From a virus (Duplodnaviria; Caudoviricetes): 47,788 bases of DNA. Location: positions 1-47,788 of the IMG/VR virus record IMGVR_UViG_3300010361_000016, one strand, 5' to 3'. Each line of letters begins with the position of its first letter. Positions within the stretch are counted from its first letter, which is position 1. Positions 36,035 through 45,158 of the stretch are shown one piece after another. The notes below the pieces were generated by a model. It had not been told where the DNA came from. It did not search any database and saw nothing but the letters and a program-made list of their open reading frames with translations. A program made the position numbers and the translations under genes.

Positions 36035-36969
36035 CGGATCGCGTTCTGGATCGAGCACGCCGCGCCTGGCTCCTGCACGATAGGCACCGTCTTGCGCCTG
36101 CCCTGAAGGTCCCACGCGTCGTTGCTGTCGAGCCGGATCGACTTCACCTGGACGGCGAGCTGATCCATGGCATAGCCCGGAGCCCCGTCCATCTCGTCGG
36201 CCATGCCGCCGAGCTGCGTGGAGTCGAGCACGTACGGGTCGAGGATGTTCGGCGTCACGATGATCCCGAGCCCGCCGATGACATCCATCTCGCCCGTGTA
36301 AACCGGGCTGCTGCGCGTCTCGCGCTGGAGTGCGTTCGTGATGATCGTGTCGGACATCATGAGCGCGTAGCCGATGTCGTTGATCACGAACGTGTCCGGC
36401 TTGTAGCCCAGGTTCAGGCCGTAGATCGCTGCCTTCGCTGAGAGGATGTCGAACAGCATCGTGCGCGTAGCCGACGCCGCCTGCCCCCACCTCAGCGCGC
36501 CCGTGCCCGCCGCCGCCACGTTCTGCGTCACCGCGCTTGCCATCGCGCTCATGGTCACGCCGTCCACCTGCTTGATGATGGAGTTCACCAGCTTGCGCAG
36601 GCAGCGGTCCACGGTCTGCCCCGCGTACACGTTCCGGGCGATCTCGTCGTCCGTTACGCGCACCTTCTGGCCCCACTTCGCCACCGACGCGATAGCCGCC
36701 GTGCCCGTGGGCATGTTGGCGAATGGGTACTCAGCGCCAGCGCCTACCGCCTCCACCGGGCGGTCAGTGATGAACGGCTCGGACATCTCATAGAGTGCCG
36801 CGCCGCCACTCGTCCTGAACCGCTGCGTGAGGAGCTGGTCACTGACGAACCGGAGATCCGTGTAGTCACGGAGCCTGCGCCTGATCTGCGTGGGTGACTG
36901 GAGAAACCGGCTAATGGTCTCAAGATCACCGGACAAGGTCGGCGGTGGTGCCGGGTACGTACCTGGCAT
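36031..36969 (-). CDS. major capsid protein (HK97 fold)
   Basis: 312 aa; V..GAEYP...KWG....VTDDEI.RN; YKPDT.VIN; P.VQEP.A. Confidence 0.85.
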   Translation of the reverse strand: MPGTYPAPPPTLSGDLETISRFLQSPTQIRRRLRDYTDLRFVSDQLLTQRFRTSGGAALYEMSEPFITDRPVEAVGAGAEYPFANMPTGTAAIASVAKWGQKVRVTDDEIARNVYAGQTVDRCLRKLVNSIIKQVDGVTMSAMASAVTQNVAAAGTGALRWGQAASATRTMLFDILSAKAAIYGLNLGYKPDTFVINDIGYALMMSDTIITNALQRETRSSPVYTGEMDVIGGLGIIVTPNILDPYVLDSTQLGGMADEMDGAPGYAMDQLAVQVKSIRLDSNDAWDLQGRRKTVPIVQEPGAACSIQNAIR

Positions 36970-37023
36970 GGTCTCTCACTCCCTTCGAGTGTGTGTTTCC
37001 CTGCGCCGTGAGCGCGCCGCCCC

Positions 37024-37401
37024 TTAGAGGGCGACCCACTGCGCCTTGGCCGGACCTGTTCCGCCCCGCGTGCACACCCCGAGGAGCGTGCCCGCCGCTG
37101 CTGACGTGGCCAGCGCTGCCGTGTCGAGCGCGCCCGCAGCAGCAGCGATCACCGGGTTACCGGCGACGAGTGCCTTCGTCCCCGTCACCGGAGTCTCATG
37201 CACGCGCCCTGCGAAGCCCCAGCACGTCACCCGCTGCCCCGTGCCCGCGTCATGCGCCGCGACGAATACGGCGCGGTTCACCCCGCCTGCCGGGATCACC
37301 GTGTTATCGGCGGAGACCTCCAGAAGCTGCCCGCCCGTGATCGCTGCGCCTGCCGTGTAGCTCTGCGCGTCGTCGTCGCGGACGAGGTTGTAGTCACCCA
37401 T
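37024..37401 (-). CDS. capsid decoration/cement protein (DUF2190-like)
   Basis: M.DY...YTA.AAITGGQLL.VS..TV.PA...VAA.DA..G..VT. Confidence 0.7.
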   Translation of the reverse strand: MGDYNLVRDDDAQSYTAGAAITGGQLLEVSADNTVIPAGGVNRAVFVAAHDAGTGQRVTCWGFAGRVHETPVTGTKALVAGNPVIAAAAGALDTAALATSAAAGTLLGVCTRGGTGPAKAQWVAL

Positions 37402-37467
37402 GGTCGTCCCTCCTCAGAACTCCCTCTTGTTGTACGGCGCGTACGCCCGCCCGAACTTCCCCTAGCG

Positions 37468-37845
37468 TCATGCTTCCATCCACCTGACCATGCTGTTGTC
37501 GGGTGCGCTGGTGAGCGCCCAACCGATGATGTACTGGCCGAGTGTCCCCGCTGCTGCGGTAGCCACCCCACGGCCCGGTGTCAGCGATGGCGTCATCATG
37601 TCGCCCGCCGTCACCACGCCGTCGCTGATGCTCTCGTGCACGAAACCACGCGCGAAGAACGTCACCCGGTCCCCCGGCTGCCCGTCCACCGCCGCCACAC
37701 CCACGAACGCACCCTGCACGCCAGCCCACGCCGGAGCCACCGTCCCGCTGCCACTGACGGCGAGGAGATCGCCGCCAGAGCAGGCAACGGTCAGGGTGGA
37801 GGTGATCACCCTGGCCGGGAACTGGACCGGCGTGTAATCGGCCAT
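37468..37845 (-). CDS. second capsid decoration/cement protein (DUF2190-like)
   Basis: MADY...GGDLLAVSGSGTVAPA...GVAA.D...GDRVT...VHE...IIG.ALT.A. Confidence 0.7.
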   Translation of the reverse strand: MADYTPVQFPARVITSTLTVACSGGDLLAVSGSGTVAPAWAGVQGAFVGVAAVDGQPGDRVTFFARGFVHESISDGVVTAGDMMTPSLTPGRGVATAAAGTLGQYIIGWALTSAPDNSMVRWMEA

Positions 37846-37858
37846 GACGCGTAACCGG

Positions 37859-39700
37859 CTAACCCGCGTGCTGTGTCTCGGCCCCGGTGGAACCGGGAGG
37901 GAACAGCGACCTGTACTCGGAGTCGAGCAGCTCCTCATCGGAGCCACCCGGCGAGCCGATGTCGTCCACCGGGACGACGTTCTTCTGAAGTGACGCGAGC
38001 ACTTCGCGCGTGCCCTCCGGGTCCTTGTCCCAGAGACGCTGCCAGTGCGGGCGGCGGGACGCGGAGAACTTCCCCTGCCGGATCGCCTCCCCGATCACCT
38101 CGTCACGCTGGTTGCGCATGGACTCGGCGCGGAAGTTCTCCCCCGCCTGCACCTTGCGCTGAAGCGCGTCCCATGCCTCACGGTCCACCGTCATCGTGCC
38201 CGGTGGCAGCGAGGCGCGTGCCGAACCCTTGGCATCGACGCGCTGCCGGAGCATCTGCGCGCCGTTGGCGATGACCTCCGGGGTCAGCTCCTCGTCGTCA
38301 TCCAGCCCGAGCGATGCCCGCAGGCTGGTGTTCTGCTCGTCCGTGAACTCCACGTCCGTGCCTCCCTTTCCTGTCCTGCCCGCCGTCGCATCACCGTGCG
38401 CATGAGCGTGCGATCCGTCACCCGCGTGCGTGTGCTCGTGGGTGTGTGTCTTGTCCCCGCCCTGGCTCCCGAATGACGAGTGCGGGTGCGAGTGGGTCAG
38501 CGGCTCATCGGTGGAGCCGAGCACGCCGTGCCCGCCGGACCCGCTGGCCGATGGCCCCGAGTAGTCCGGTGCTTCCTGCCCCGCGTCCGTGAGGTGCTTC
38601 GCCAGGTGGTTGTACGCGCTCTTGAGGTCCGCCGCGCCGATCCCCTTGATGCCACCACGCCCGCCGTTGATCGCGGCGATAGCGGAGGAGCACGCGGTCG
38701 TGTTCGCTGCGCCTACTTTCCCGTCCGTGGACACCTCGTGGTGCGGCAGCTTGGAGTCCGACTTCGTGTCCGCCGGGAGCGCGTACAGCGCCTTGAGCTG
38801 CGCCGACGTGGGGTCATCGCCCAGGTTCTTCTGCGCCTGCCCCCCGTCCCACGAATCCGCGGCCCGCACTCCCTTGCGTGACTCCTCGCGTGACGCGTAG
38901 GTGAGGCGCTTGCCCCTGCCGCTGGCAGCGACCGGCTCGGGTACGTCCACGTACTCGACGGCCACCTCCACCGCCTCACCGAACATCACCTCACCGTTGT
39001 CGATCGACAGCGGCACCCGGTACACCTTGTTCGTAGCCTCATCAGCGACGATGAGCTGCGGCGGGTCCATCTGCATCTCGGTAATCCACATGCTGTAGCC
39101 GACCTGCGGTGACGCGTAGTACGCGCGGCGCACGTCCTCCGTGGTCACCCCGGCTGCCATCACCTGCCCGGCCATCCTCGGCCCTCCCTCCGTGATCCAT
39201 GTCCGACCGTTGCCAGCGGAGGCGCTGACACCGAACAGCGAGCCCACATCTTCAAGTGAGCCCAGCACACCCACGCCAGGCGCGGCCACGCCGAGCAGCG
39301 CCAGGGCGGTGATGACGAACGGGTGCGTGTGGCCGATCTGGCAGATGAAATCCCAGGTGCCCTCCACGCTCCGGTTCGGGTACGCGGAACTGATGACCTC
39401 CCCGAGCCATCCCGGCATACCGGCCAGGTCACCCGTGATCTTGTTCCCGCTAGTGTTCAGGCTCATGTTCGCCACGCGCCCGACCGCCGGCTCACCATCG
39501 AAGCGCGGGTCGATGTGCCCGAGCTTCAGCACGGGAGCGCCCACAGCGGGACACTGGCTGGCCTCCACCGCATGCGCGAGGTCGTCGGTGGTGAACGTGG
39601 CCTCGCCCGTGGACAGCTTCCACGTGCCAGCGGCCAGGATGTCCACGTCCGAGACCGTCGCCAGCGCCGGGACCGTCACGTCATCCGCCACCGTCACCAC
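37859..39700 (-). CDS. capsid maturation protease/scaffold (Mu I-like)
   Basis: LKLGH.D...EPAVG.V...YPNRSVE...LALLGV..PGV; C-terminal AI..GKF..S.R..W scaffold region. Confidence 0.8.
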   Translation of the reverse strand: MVTVADDVTVPALATVSDVDILAAGTWKLSTGEATFTTDDLAHAVEASQCPAVGAPVLKLGHIDPRFDGEPAVGRVANMSLNTSGNKITGDLAGMPGWLGEVISSAYPNRSVEGTWDFICQIGHTHPFVITALALLGVAAPGVGVLGSLEDVGSLFGVSASAGNGRTWITEGGPRMAGQVMAAGVTTEDVRRAYYASPQVGYSMWITEMQMDPPQLIVADEATNKVYRVPLSIDNGEVMFGEAVEVAVEYVDVPEPVAASGRGKRLTYASREESRKGVRAADSWDGGQAQKNLGDDPTSAQLKALYALPADTKSDSKLPHHEVSTDGKVGAANTTACSSAIAAINGGRGGIKGIGAADLKSAYNHLAKHLTDAGQEAPDYSGPSASGSGGHGVLGSTDEPLTHSHPHSSFGSQGGDKTHTHEHTHAGDGSHAHAHGDATAGRTGKGGTDVEFTDEQNTSLRASLGLDDDEELTPEVIANGAQMLRQRVDAKGSARASLPPGTMTVDREAWDALQRKVQAGENFRAESMRNQRDEVIGEAIRQGKFSASRRPHWQRLWDKDPEGTREVLASLQKNVVPVDDIGSPGGSDEELLDSEYRSLFPPGSTGAETQHAG

Positions 39701-41978
39701 CCCAGATCGCTATCACGGTGCCACGGCAGCGCGCGAATCCCTCACAGTTCACGTAGCCTCCCGTGGGATACGCCGCCTCAGCGTCGGTCAGCGTGTCGTA
39801 CTCCGTGCCGTCAACGCCCGCGCACTCATCGCACGTGTTCTGATCCAGCGTCTCCGACGCCACGTACTTAGCCGTGCCCGCACTCTCCGGCGCTGCCTCC
39901 ATCACCGCCACGCGCCCGGTGTTCTGCGCCATCGTGAGCGCCGCGCCTAGCTGATCCCACAGCGACCTGCCTGACATCGCCTGGATCGACGCGTCCACGA
40001 AGTCTCCGGCATCATCCGGGGTGATGGGCACGATGGGCAGCGGAGGCGGCGGCGGGGGAGGTGGCGGCGGCTGCTTCGTCTGGCGCGGAGGTGGCTTCGG
40101 TGCCTTCGGTGTGGCCGGGTGCACTGGCACCGGAGGCACTGAGGGCGGCTGGTCTCCAGGCTCAGCAGCCGCCACCTGAAGCGCCTTGGTAGACGCTGCC
40201 TGCGCCATGCCCTGCGCGAGCATGGACGCGCGTGCGGTCGCCACCTTAGCGAAGCGCGCCGTGTCCACGTGCACGCGCTCGGGGTCGATCACCACACCCT
40301 GAGACGCCGCCTCGCGGATAGCCGACGACACGCCGCTGTTAGCCACCTGCGCCATCGCGGCGGCGAGCAGGTCAGGTCCGTCGCCTAGCGGGGGAGGCGC
40401 GAGCGCGAGCCAGTCCGTCCGGTCCTTCCGCACGGCCTCCACCACGGCGTCTGTGAGCGCGTTCCGCTGCGTGATCTGGACATCCTTCCACGCCAGCACC
40501 AGCCCGTCGAGTGCGTGCTGCCAGTCGTGCTGGTGCCCGGTGGAGTCCCACCCCGAAGCCTTGATCTGCTCCGCGCGCACCTTCGCGCTGGCCGCGCGTG
40601 CCGCCACCTTCCGGCGGGCCTGCGCCGGGGGCGGGGATGGTGCCCCTTCGGGCGCAGCGGGGAGAGGCCCGCCGGAAGGCAGCACGGGAGGAGTCTTCGA
40701 CTCCGGAGGCGGGGTCGGGGGCAGCGCGGGCAGCGTGACGTACGGGGTCTCGCGCTTCGGGAACCGCCATGCCTTGCGAATCCACTGGTCGAGGGACTCA
40801 TCACCCTGAAGCCCGCCGAACTGCATCAGCTTGGCGATGGCCTCCGCCGTGACTTCGTAGTTCTCCCCGACGTCCGTGCACACCAGGCGCGGCGCGGGCT
40901 CATCCTCACCCCAGTTCTGGTCAACGAGGTCGGTGAGGATACCGGGCATGCCAGGCCACCCGGACGTCGCCGTGGTGGCCACCTCGTCGGCCACGGCCTG
41001 AAGCGCCAGCAGGAACAGGTCGAGGAACGTCTCGCCTAGCGCACGTGAGCCTGTCTCCGTCTGGCCGAGTTCGATGAGACCGGCGAGCACCATCTTCGCC
41101 ATCGCCCGGTCGAGGTACTGGATGAACCCGAGCGCGTCCGGCACGGACCCGGTGAGCCCCATGAGCAGCGGCTTGAACCCGGCGGGGAGACCCACCCCCG
41201 CCTGATCCCCGGCGCGCATCGCACCGGCTAGGTCACGCGCCTGCTGAACCTGCTGCTGTGACGCGCCCGGAGGTGCCTCCACGTACGGCACTCCCATGCC
41301 GAACCGGCGGATGCTCGTCGCGTGCACCCGCCACGTCTCGTGCTTCAGGAGCCACGCGCCGAACGCGGGCCGGAGCATGGAGATACCGGCCCAGTTCGCG
41401 CCCTCCTGCTGGTACGCGTACCAGGCGAGGCGGTTAGCCGGGATCGGCTCCTCCTGCGTCGTCTGCGTGATGTCCTGCATGATCCCGTCGTGGCCGATGT
41501 GCATCCGCGCCACCGTCCACGGCATGCGCTCACCGAGGTTCGCCAGGTGCGCCATGCCATCCTCGCGGATCTCGTACCGGCGCTCGAAGATACTGTGCCC
41601 GTAGGTGAGCATGCCTAGCGCTGACCGGAGGTGCCGGTGCCAGATCACGCCGCGACGGCGTGCGGGTCCGGGTGCGTCATCACCGCCGAGGACGGACACG
41701 CCGAGGTCATCGGAGCAGAGCTGCACCACCTCATCGCGGCAGCCCGTGGGATCGAGCACCCACGTCGCGCGGTAGATGGGCAGCATGAACGCGCCGAGCA
41801 CAGCCTTGAGCTGAGGATCGTTCCGCATCCGCCCGTACGTGATCACCGACTGCGGCCAGATGAGGTCGGCGGTGGTCTCCCACCACTCGGAGAGGAGCCC
41901 CTGCCCCCACGTCCCGTAGGCGAGGTCCGGCACGCCGATATCGCGTGTCGGGAGTGCTGCCCGCGTGGGTGTGGTCAC
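39681..41978 (-). CDS. portal protein (Mu gp29/DUF935-like) fused to a MuF-like C-terminal domain
   Basis: YGHS.FE..Y, G.S.LRPA...WLLK, RFGMGVP, GSRALGET; C-terminal LD.NTC..C..DG..Y...C.G..RCRG. Confidence 0.85.
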   Translation of the reverse strand: MTTPTRAALPTRDIGVPDLAYGTWGQGLLSEWWETTADLIWPQSVITYGRMRNDPQLKAVLGAFMLPIYRATWVLDPTGCRDEVVQLCSDDLGVSVLGGDDAPGPARRRGVIWHRHLRSALGMLTYGHSIFERRYEIREDGMAHLANLGERMPWTVARMHIGHDGIMQDITQTTQEEPIPANRLAWYAYQQEGANWAGISMLRPAFGAWLLKHETWRVHATSIRRFGMGVPYVEAPPGASQQQVQQARDLAGAMRAGDQAGVGLPAGFKPLLMGLTGSVPDALGFIQYLDRAMAKMVLAGLIELGQTETGSRALGETFLDLFLLALQAVADEVATTATSGWPGMPGILTDLVDQNWGEDEPAPRLVCTDVGENYEVTAEAIAKLMQFGGLQGDESLDQWIRKAWRFPKRETPYVTLPALPPTPPPESKTPPVLPSGGPLPAAPEGAPSPPPAQARRKVAARAASAKVRAEQIKASGWDSTGHQHDWQHALDGLVLAWKDVQITQRNALTDAVVEAVRKDRTDWLALAPPPLGDGPDLLAAAMAQVANSGVSSAIREAASQGVVIDPERVHVDTARFAKVATARASMLAQGMAQAASTKALQVAAAEPGDQPPSVPPVPVHPATPKAPKPPPRQTKQPPPPPPPPPPLPIVPITPDDAGDFVDASIQAMSGRSLWDQLGAALTMAQNTGRVAVMEAAPESAGTAKYVASETLDQNTCDECAGVDGTEYDTLTDAEAAYPTGGYVNCEGFARCRGTVIAIWGGDGGG

Positions 41979-42088
41979 ATGACTGCCCGCCCTGATCCGG
42001 GGATGACGACGCTGCTATGACCCCGGCCTGGGCGCTCACGCAGGGCACCTGTTACGACGGCAGTGTACGGCACGCTGCGACGATGCGC

Positions 42089-43666
42089 CTAGTACGGCAC
42101 ACCCATGATGTCAAGGTCTCCGTGCCCGTCACCTGTCGCTGAGTGCGCCGCAGCGTTCACCGCGGCCTCCCACGTGGACACGCCCTGACGTGGCTGCGTG
42201 GCTGCCGGAGTCCACTCGTGCGCGACGATCCGGGCGGCGTACGAGAGGGTGTCCACCTGGTCATCGTGCGCGCCCTGCGGGAAGATCGCCAGCTCGTCGC
42301 ACCACTCGTCCAGCCACTCCGCCTGCGCGGGAAACCACACCTTGCCGGAGTGCACGCGTCCCGCCGCCGGGATAGCGCGCGTCACCTTATCCGTGTCCGC
42401 GCGGATCGGCGCGACCGGGACGCCACGGTCCAGCGCGTCCTGCACGAACGTGCTGCTCCACCAGTTCGCCTCCACGTACACCTGCTCCGCTGCCCACCTG
42501 CGCCGCAGCGGGTCGCACATGGCGAAGTGCTCATGGTCGGGGATGCGCGCACGGGCGCGGTCGAGGAGGATCAGGTTGCCGGACATGTCGATCGCCCAGC
42601 ATGAGGCCACGGTGTAGTCAGCGGAGGAGCGTGTGCTCGCGGCGAAGTCCATCGTGATGAACCGCCAGCAGTCAGCGAGGGTGACGGGCATGCCCTCCAG
42701 GTCGATGCGCTCCCGCCCGTCCTGCCATGATGCCTGCTCGCGCCAGTAGCGGAACGTCTGGCGGCGGAAGAAATTGCCCTCCGGCGCGGTGGGTGACTGC
42801 TGGTAGACACCACTGAACACGTAGGCGCTCATCGTCGCCTTGAGCCTGCGGAAGTACCCGGCCACGCGCTGCCGGACGCTAGGCAGCTCCTCGCCGGGGC
42901 TGCGCCCGAGCGGGTCATCGTCTTCTGCGATCGCCGGGATGACTAGCTTGCGCCACTCCAGCGGAGACGGACGGGAGAAGATCCGGCCCGCCAGGTCGTC
43001 CTCATGCCAGCGGGTCTGGATGAGCACCACCCGAGCGTTCGGCGCGAGACGGGTGAGCGCGACGGACTCCCACCAATCCCAGGTGGTGTCACGGATCTTC
43101 TGTGACTCCGCTGCGGCGCGGTCCTTAACCGGGTCATCAATGATCAGCACATCGACCGGGCGTCCGGTGAGAGGACCGCCGACGCCGACGCAGTAGACAC
43201 CTCCCCCGGCTGGTGTCTCCCACCTCCCGGCGGCAGCGGAGTCCTGGCGGATGCTGATGTGCAGGCCGCCGCATGCGCGGTCGCACTCACCGTGCGCTGC
43301 CACCGACCGGCACGGGTACAGCTTCACGTCCTGCTTGATGTCACGGCCCCACCTGAGCGCCATGTCCTGCTCGTAGCTGACGATGGCCACGCGCACCGTC
43401 GAGTCGTGGTCGAGTAGCCACTCGGGGAACCGGCGTGAGCACTTCTGCGACTTGCCCTCCTGCGGTGGCAGGAACACGGCGAGCGCGTTCACGGGCGAGT
43501 CCGCTGCCATCAGGGACGTGAGCGCGGCGTCGATGAGGTCGAGCGCGGGAGACGTGTTCGTGCGCGGATCGAGCGCGGCGGCGAGGTGACCGGGGTTGGC
43601 GTACCGGCGTCTGCGCGCCTCGAACATGCGCGCCGTGTACTCCCATGGTGAGACCGCGCTCCGCAT
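42089..43666 (-). CDS. terL: terminase large subunit
   Basis: Walker A PPQEGKS, Walker B LIIDDP, TRWHEDDLAG, YQQ.P, nuclease D.A..DYT and HDDQVD. Start uncertain; 43666 is preceded by TACGCT-N6, suggesting a leaderless transcript. Confidence 0.95.
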   Translation of the reverse strand: MRSAVSPWEYTARMFEARRRRYANPGHLAAALDPRTNTSPALDLIDAALTSLMAADSPVNALAVFLPPQEGKSQKCSRRFPEWLLDHDSTVRVAIVSYEQDMALRWGRDIKQDVKLYPCRSVAAHGECDRACGGLHISIRQDSAAAGRWETPAGGGVYCVGVGGPLTGRPVDVLIIDDPVKDRAAAESQKIRDTTWDWWESVALTRLAPNARVVLIQTRWHEDDLAGRIFSRPSPLEWRKLVIPAIAEDDDPLGRSPGEELPSVRQRVAGYFRRLKATMSAYVFSGVYQQSPTAPEGNFFRRQTFRYWREQASWQDGRERIDLEGMPVTLADCWRFITMDFAASTRSSADYTVASCWAIDMSGNLILLDRARARIPDHEHFAMCDPLRRRWAAEQVYVEANWWSSTFVQDALDRGVPVAPIRADTDKVTRAIPAAGRVHSGKVWFPAQAEWLDEWCDELAIFPQGAHDDQVDTLSYAARIVAHEWTPAATQPRQGVSTWEAAVNAAAHSATGDGHGDLDIMGVPY

Positions 43667-43757
43667 GGCATGAGCGTACGGCTGTGGCGCGGTCCTGGCC
43701 ACACCGCCACCTGCTACCACGCGTCATCACATGACTGGCCTGGGACGACGGAAGGTG

Positions 43758-43774
43758 ACTCCCGTGACGGGAGT
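43758..43774. promoter_or_regulatory. palindromic operator copy 6 (ACTCCCG-TGA-CGGGAGT), upstream of terL
   Basis: Perfect arms, intergenic. Confidence 0.75.
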
Positions 43775-43875
43775 GCGGGACGGCGCTAGGCGCGATGGTA
43801 GCAGTGGGGTGTGTCATTACTCGTGGCCGCTGGGAAACGACCCGTGAGCGCCGCCCTGAGATCGCGCGCATGGCA

Positions 43876-43907
43876 CTGGCCCGCGTCCAGCGCCGAACGC
43901 GGGCCAG
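43876..43907. terminator. 11-bp stem hairpin upstream of the terL control region
   Basis: CTGGCCCGCGT / ACGCGGGCCAG. Confidence 0.5.
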
Positions 43908-43943
43908 GTGAGGATTGGTGTCCGCCGTACCTCGCCAACCACA

Positions 43944-44405
43944 CTACGCCGGGTTGAGGTCACCCCGGAAGGATGTGCGCCTGTCCACGTCCGTGCCGTA
44001 CTCCAGCACCAGGTACGGGGAGTTCCCCGGCCCGTGCGCTGGCGGGTAGACCGGCACGCCGTCGATCTTGAACAGCTCCATGCGCTCGTGCGTGTCCACG
44101 TCGCCGCACCTGTCGAACAGCCACCTGCGCCAGCTCCGCTCATCGAACGTCGCGGGCGGCACCGGGAAGTAGTGCGCCACGCGCATGACCCGGTCCAGGT
44201 GATAGCTGTCGGGGCCGCTGCGCGTGATCACCAGCGTGAGGCCACGCGAGCCGGGGTCTCGTTCCATGTCCACCAGGCGCATCGACCAGCCCTCATGCGC
44301 CCGGTAGTCACAGCGTGCCACCAGGTCAGCGAGGACGTCGGGGTACGGGCAGACCTGCCACATCTTCCCGCCGTCTGGTGTGCTGGCTTCGTGCATGGCG
44401 ATCAC
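43944..44405 (-). CDS. conserved actinophage hypothetical protein
   Basis: V.HYFPVPPAT...W.RWLFD...HE.ME.F...P.HGPG.PY; GTGA-coupled. Confidence 0.75.
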   Translation of the reverse strand: MIAMHEASTPDGGKMWQVCPYPDVLADLVARCDYRAHEGWSMRLVDMERDPGSRGLTLVITRSGPDSYHLDRVMRVAHYFPVPPATFDERSWRRWLFDRCGDVDTHERMELFKIDGVPVYPPAHGPGNSPYLVLEYGTDVDRRTSFRGDLNPA

Positions 44406-44827
44406 CTCATCCCGCGCGGCATGTCCACCGACACCGGCTCGTGGTCGGGGTGCCAGGTGCGCCCGTCGCGCCTCCACCGGCACAGCCCTGCGGCGGCTGC
44501 CTGCTCCGCAGTCCACACCGTGCCGTCCACCATCGTAGGACGCTCAAACGCGACCGCGCCGTCCGCCCGGAGCTGGACTAGCTTCCCGCACGCGCACCGC
44601 GCCCCGGTGAGCAGCTTCATCGCCAGCGCCTCCGCCGCATCATCGGGTGAGGAGAAGTTGTCCGCGCTGATCCGCGCGCCCTTGTACTGGGCGTACGCGT
44701 ACCACCCGGCCAGCTCGAAGGGCACGTCGTCGTGCAGGTAGCCGACCTGGAACATGCGTGCTCCGGCGCGTCCTACCAGGTCCACCGCTGCCACCAGGCG
44801 GTCGGAGTCCAGGGGGATGTCACGCAC
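44402..44827 (-). CDS. hypothetical protein with CACG motif
   Basis: GTG 44827 with GGAGG upstream; GC3-rich. Confidence 0.7.
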   Translation of the reverse strand: MRDIPLDSDRLVAAVDLVGRAGARMFQVGYLHDDVPFELAGWYAYAQYKGARISADNFSSPDDAAEALAMKLLTGARCACGKLVQLRADGAVAFERPTMVDGTVWTAEQAAAAGLCRWRRDGRTWHPDHEPVSVDMPRGMR

Positions 44828-45044
44828 CGTTGCTGCCCTCCCGTGGCTTAGGCACGTCCGGCTGCGCGGCGGCGCGTTTCTCCGCGTCCACGGCGCGGCG
44901 CTCAACGATGCGCCATGCGCCTACCGTGGTCGCGTCCTCGTGCGTGGACTCGTCGCAGTTGGCGGTGAGGTGACGCTGAAGCGCGTGCCCGAGCATCCCG
45001 GCTAGTGCGCGCCAGTCATAGTCGTCCGGCGGGTCTGCTGACAT
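44820..45044 (-). CDS. hypothetical protein
   Basis: GAGAGAGG RBS on the - strand (45050-45057). Confidence 0.65.
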   Translation of the reverse strand: MSADPPDDYDWRALAGMLGHALQRHLTANCDESTHEDATTVGAWRIVERRAVDAEKRAAAQPDVPKPREGSNGA

Positions 45045-45058
45045 GGTTACCTCTCTCG

Positions 45059-45137
45059 TGTGATCTTCCCCGCAACGGCGTCCGGGGTGCCCCGTTGCGT
45101 CCCGTTGCGCGGATATGGCTCCGTGATACGATCACGG
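45059..45137. promoter_or_regulatory. regulatory cluster: TGTGA-N6-CCGCA, CCCGTTGCG tandem pair with an inverted copy, CCGTGAT-N3-ATCACGG palindrome
   Basis: Read directly in the intergenic gap. Confidence 0.45.
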
Positions 45138-45158
45138 TTCAAACCCTAGCTGCCCAGG

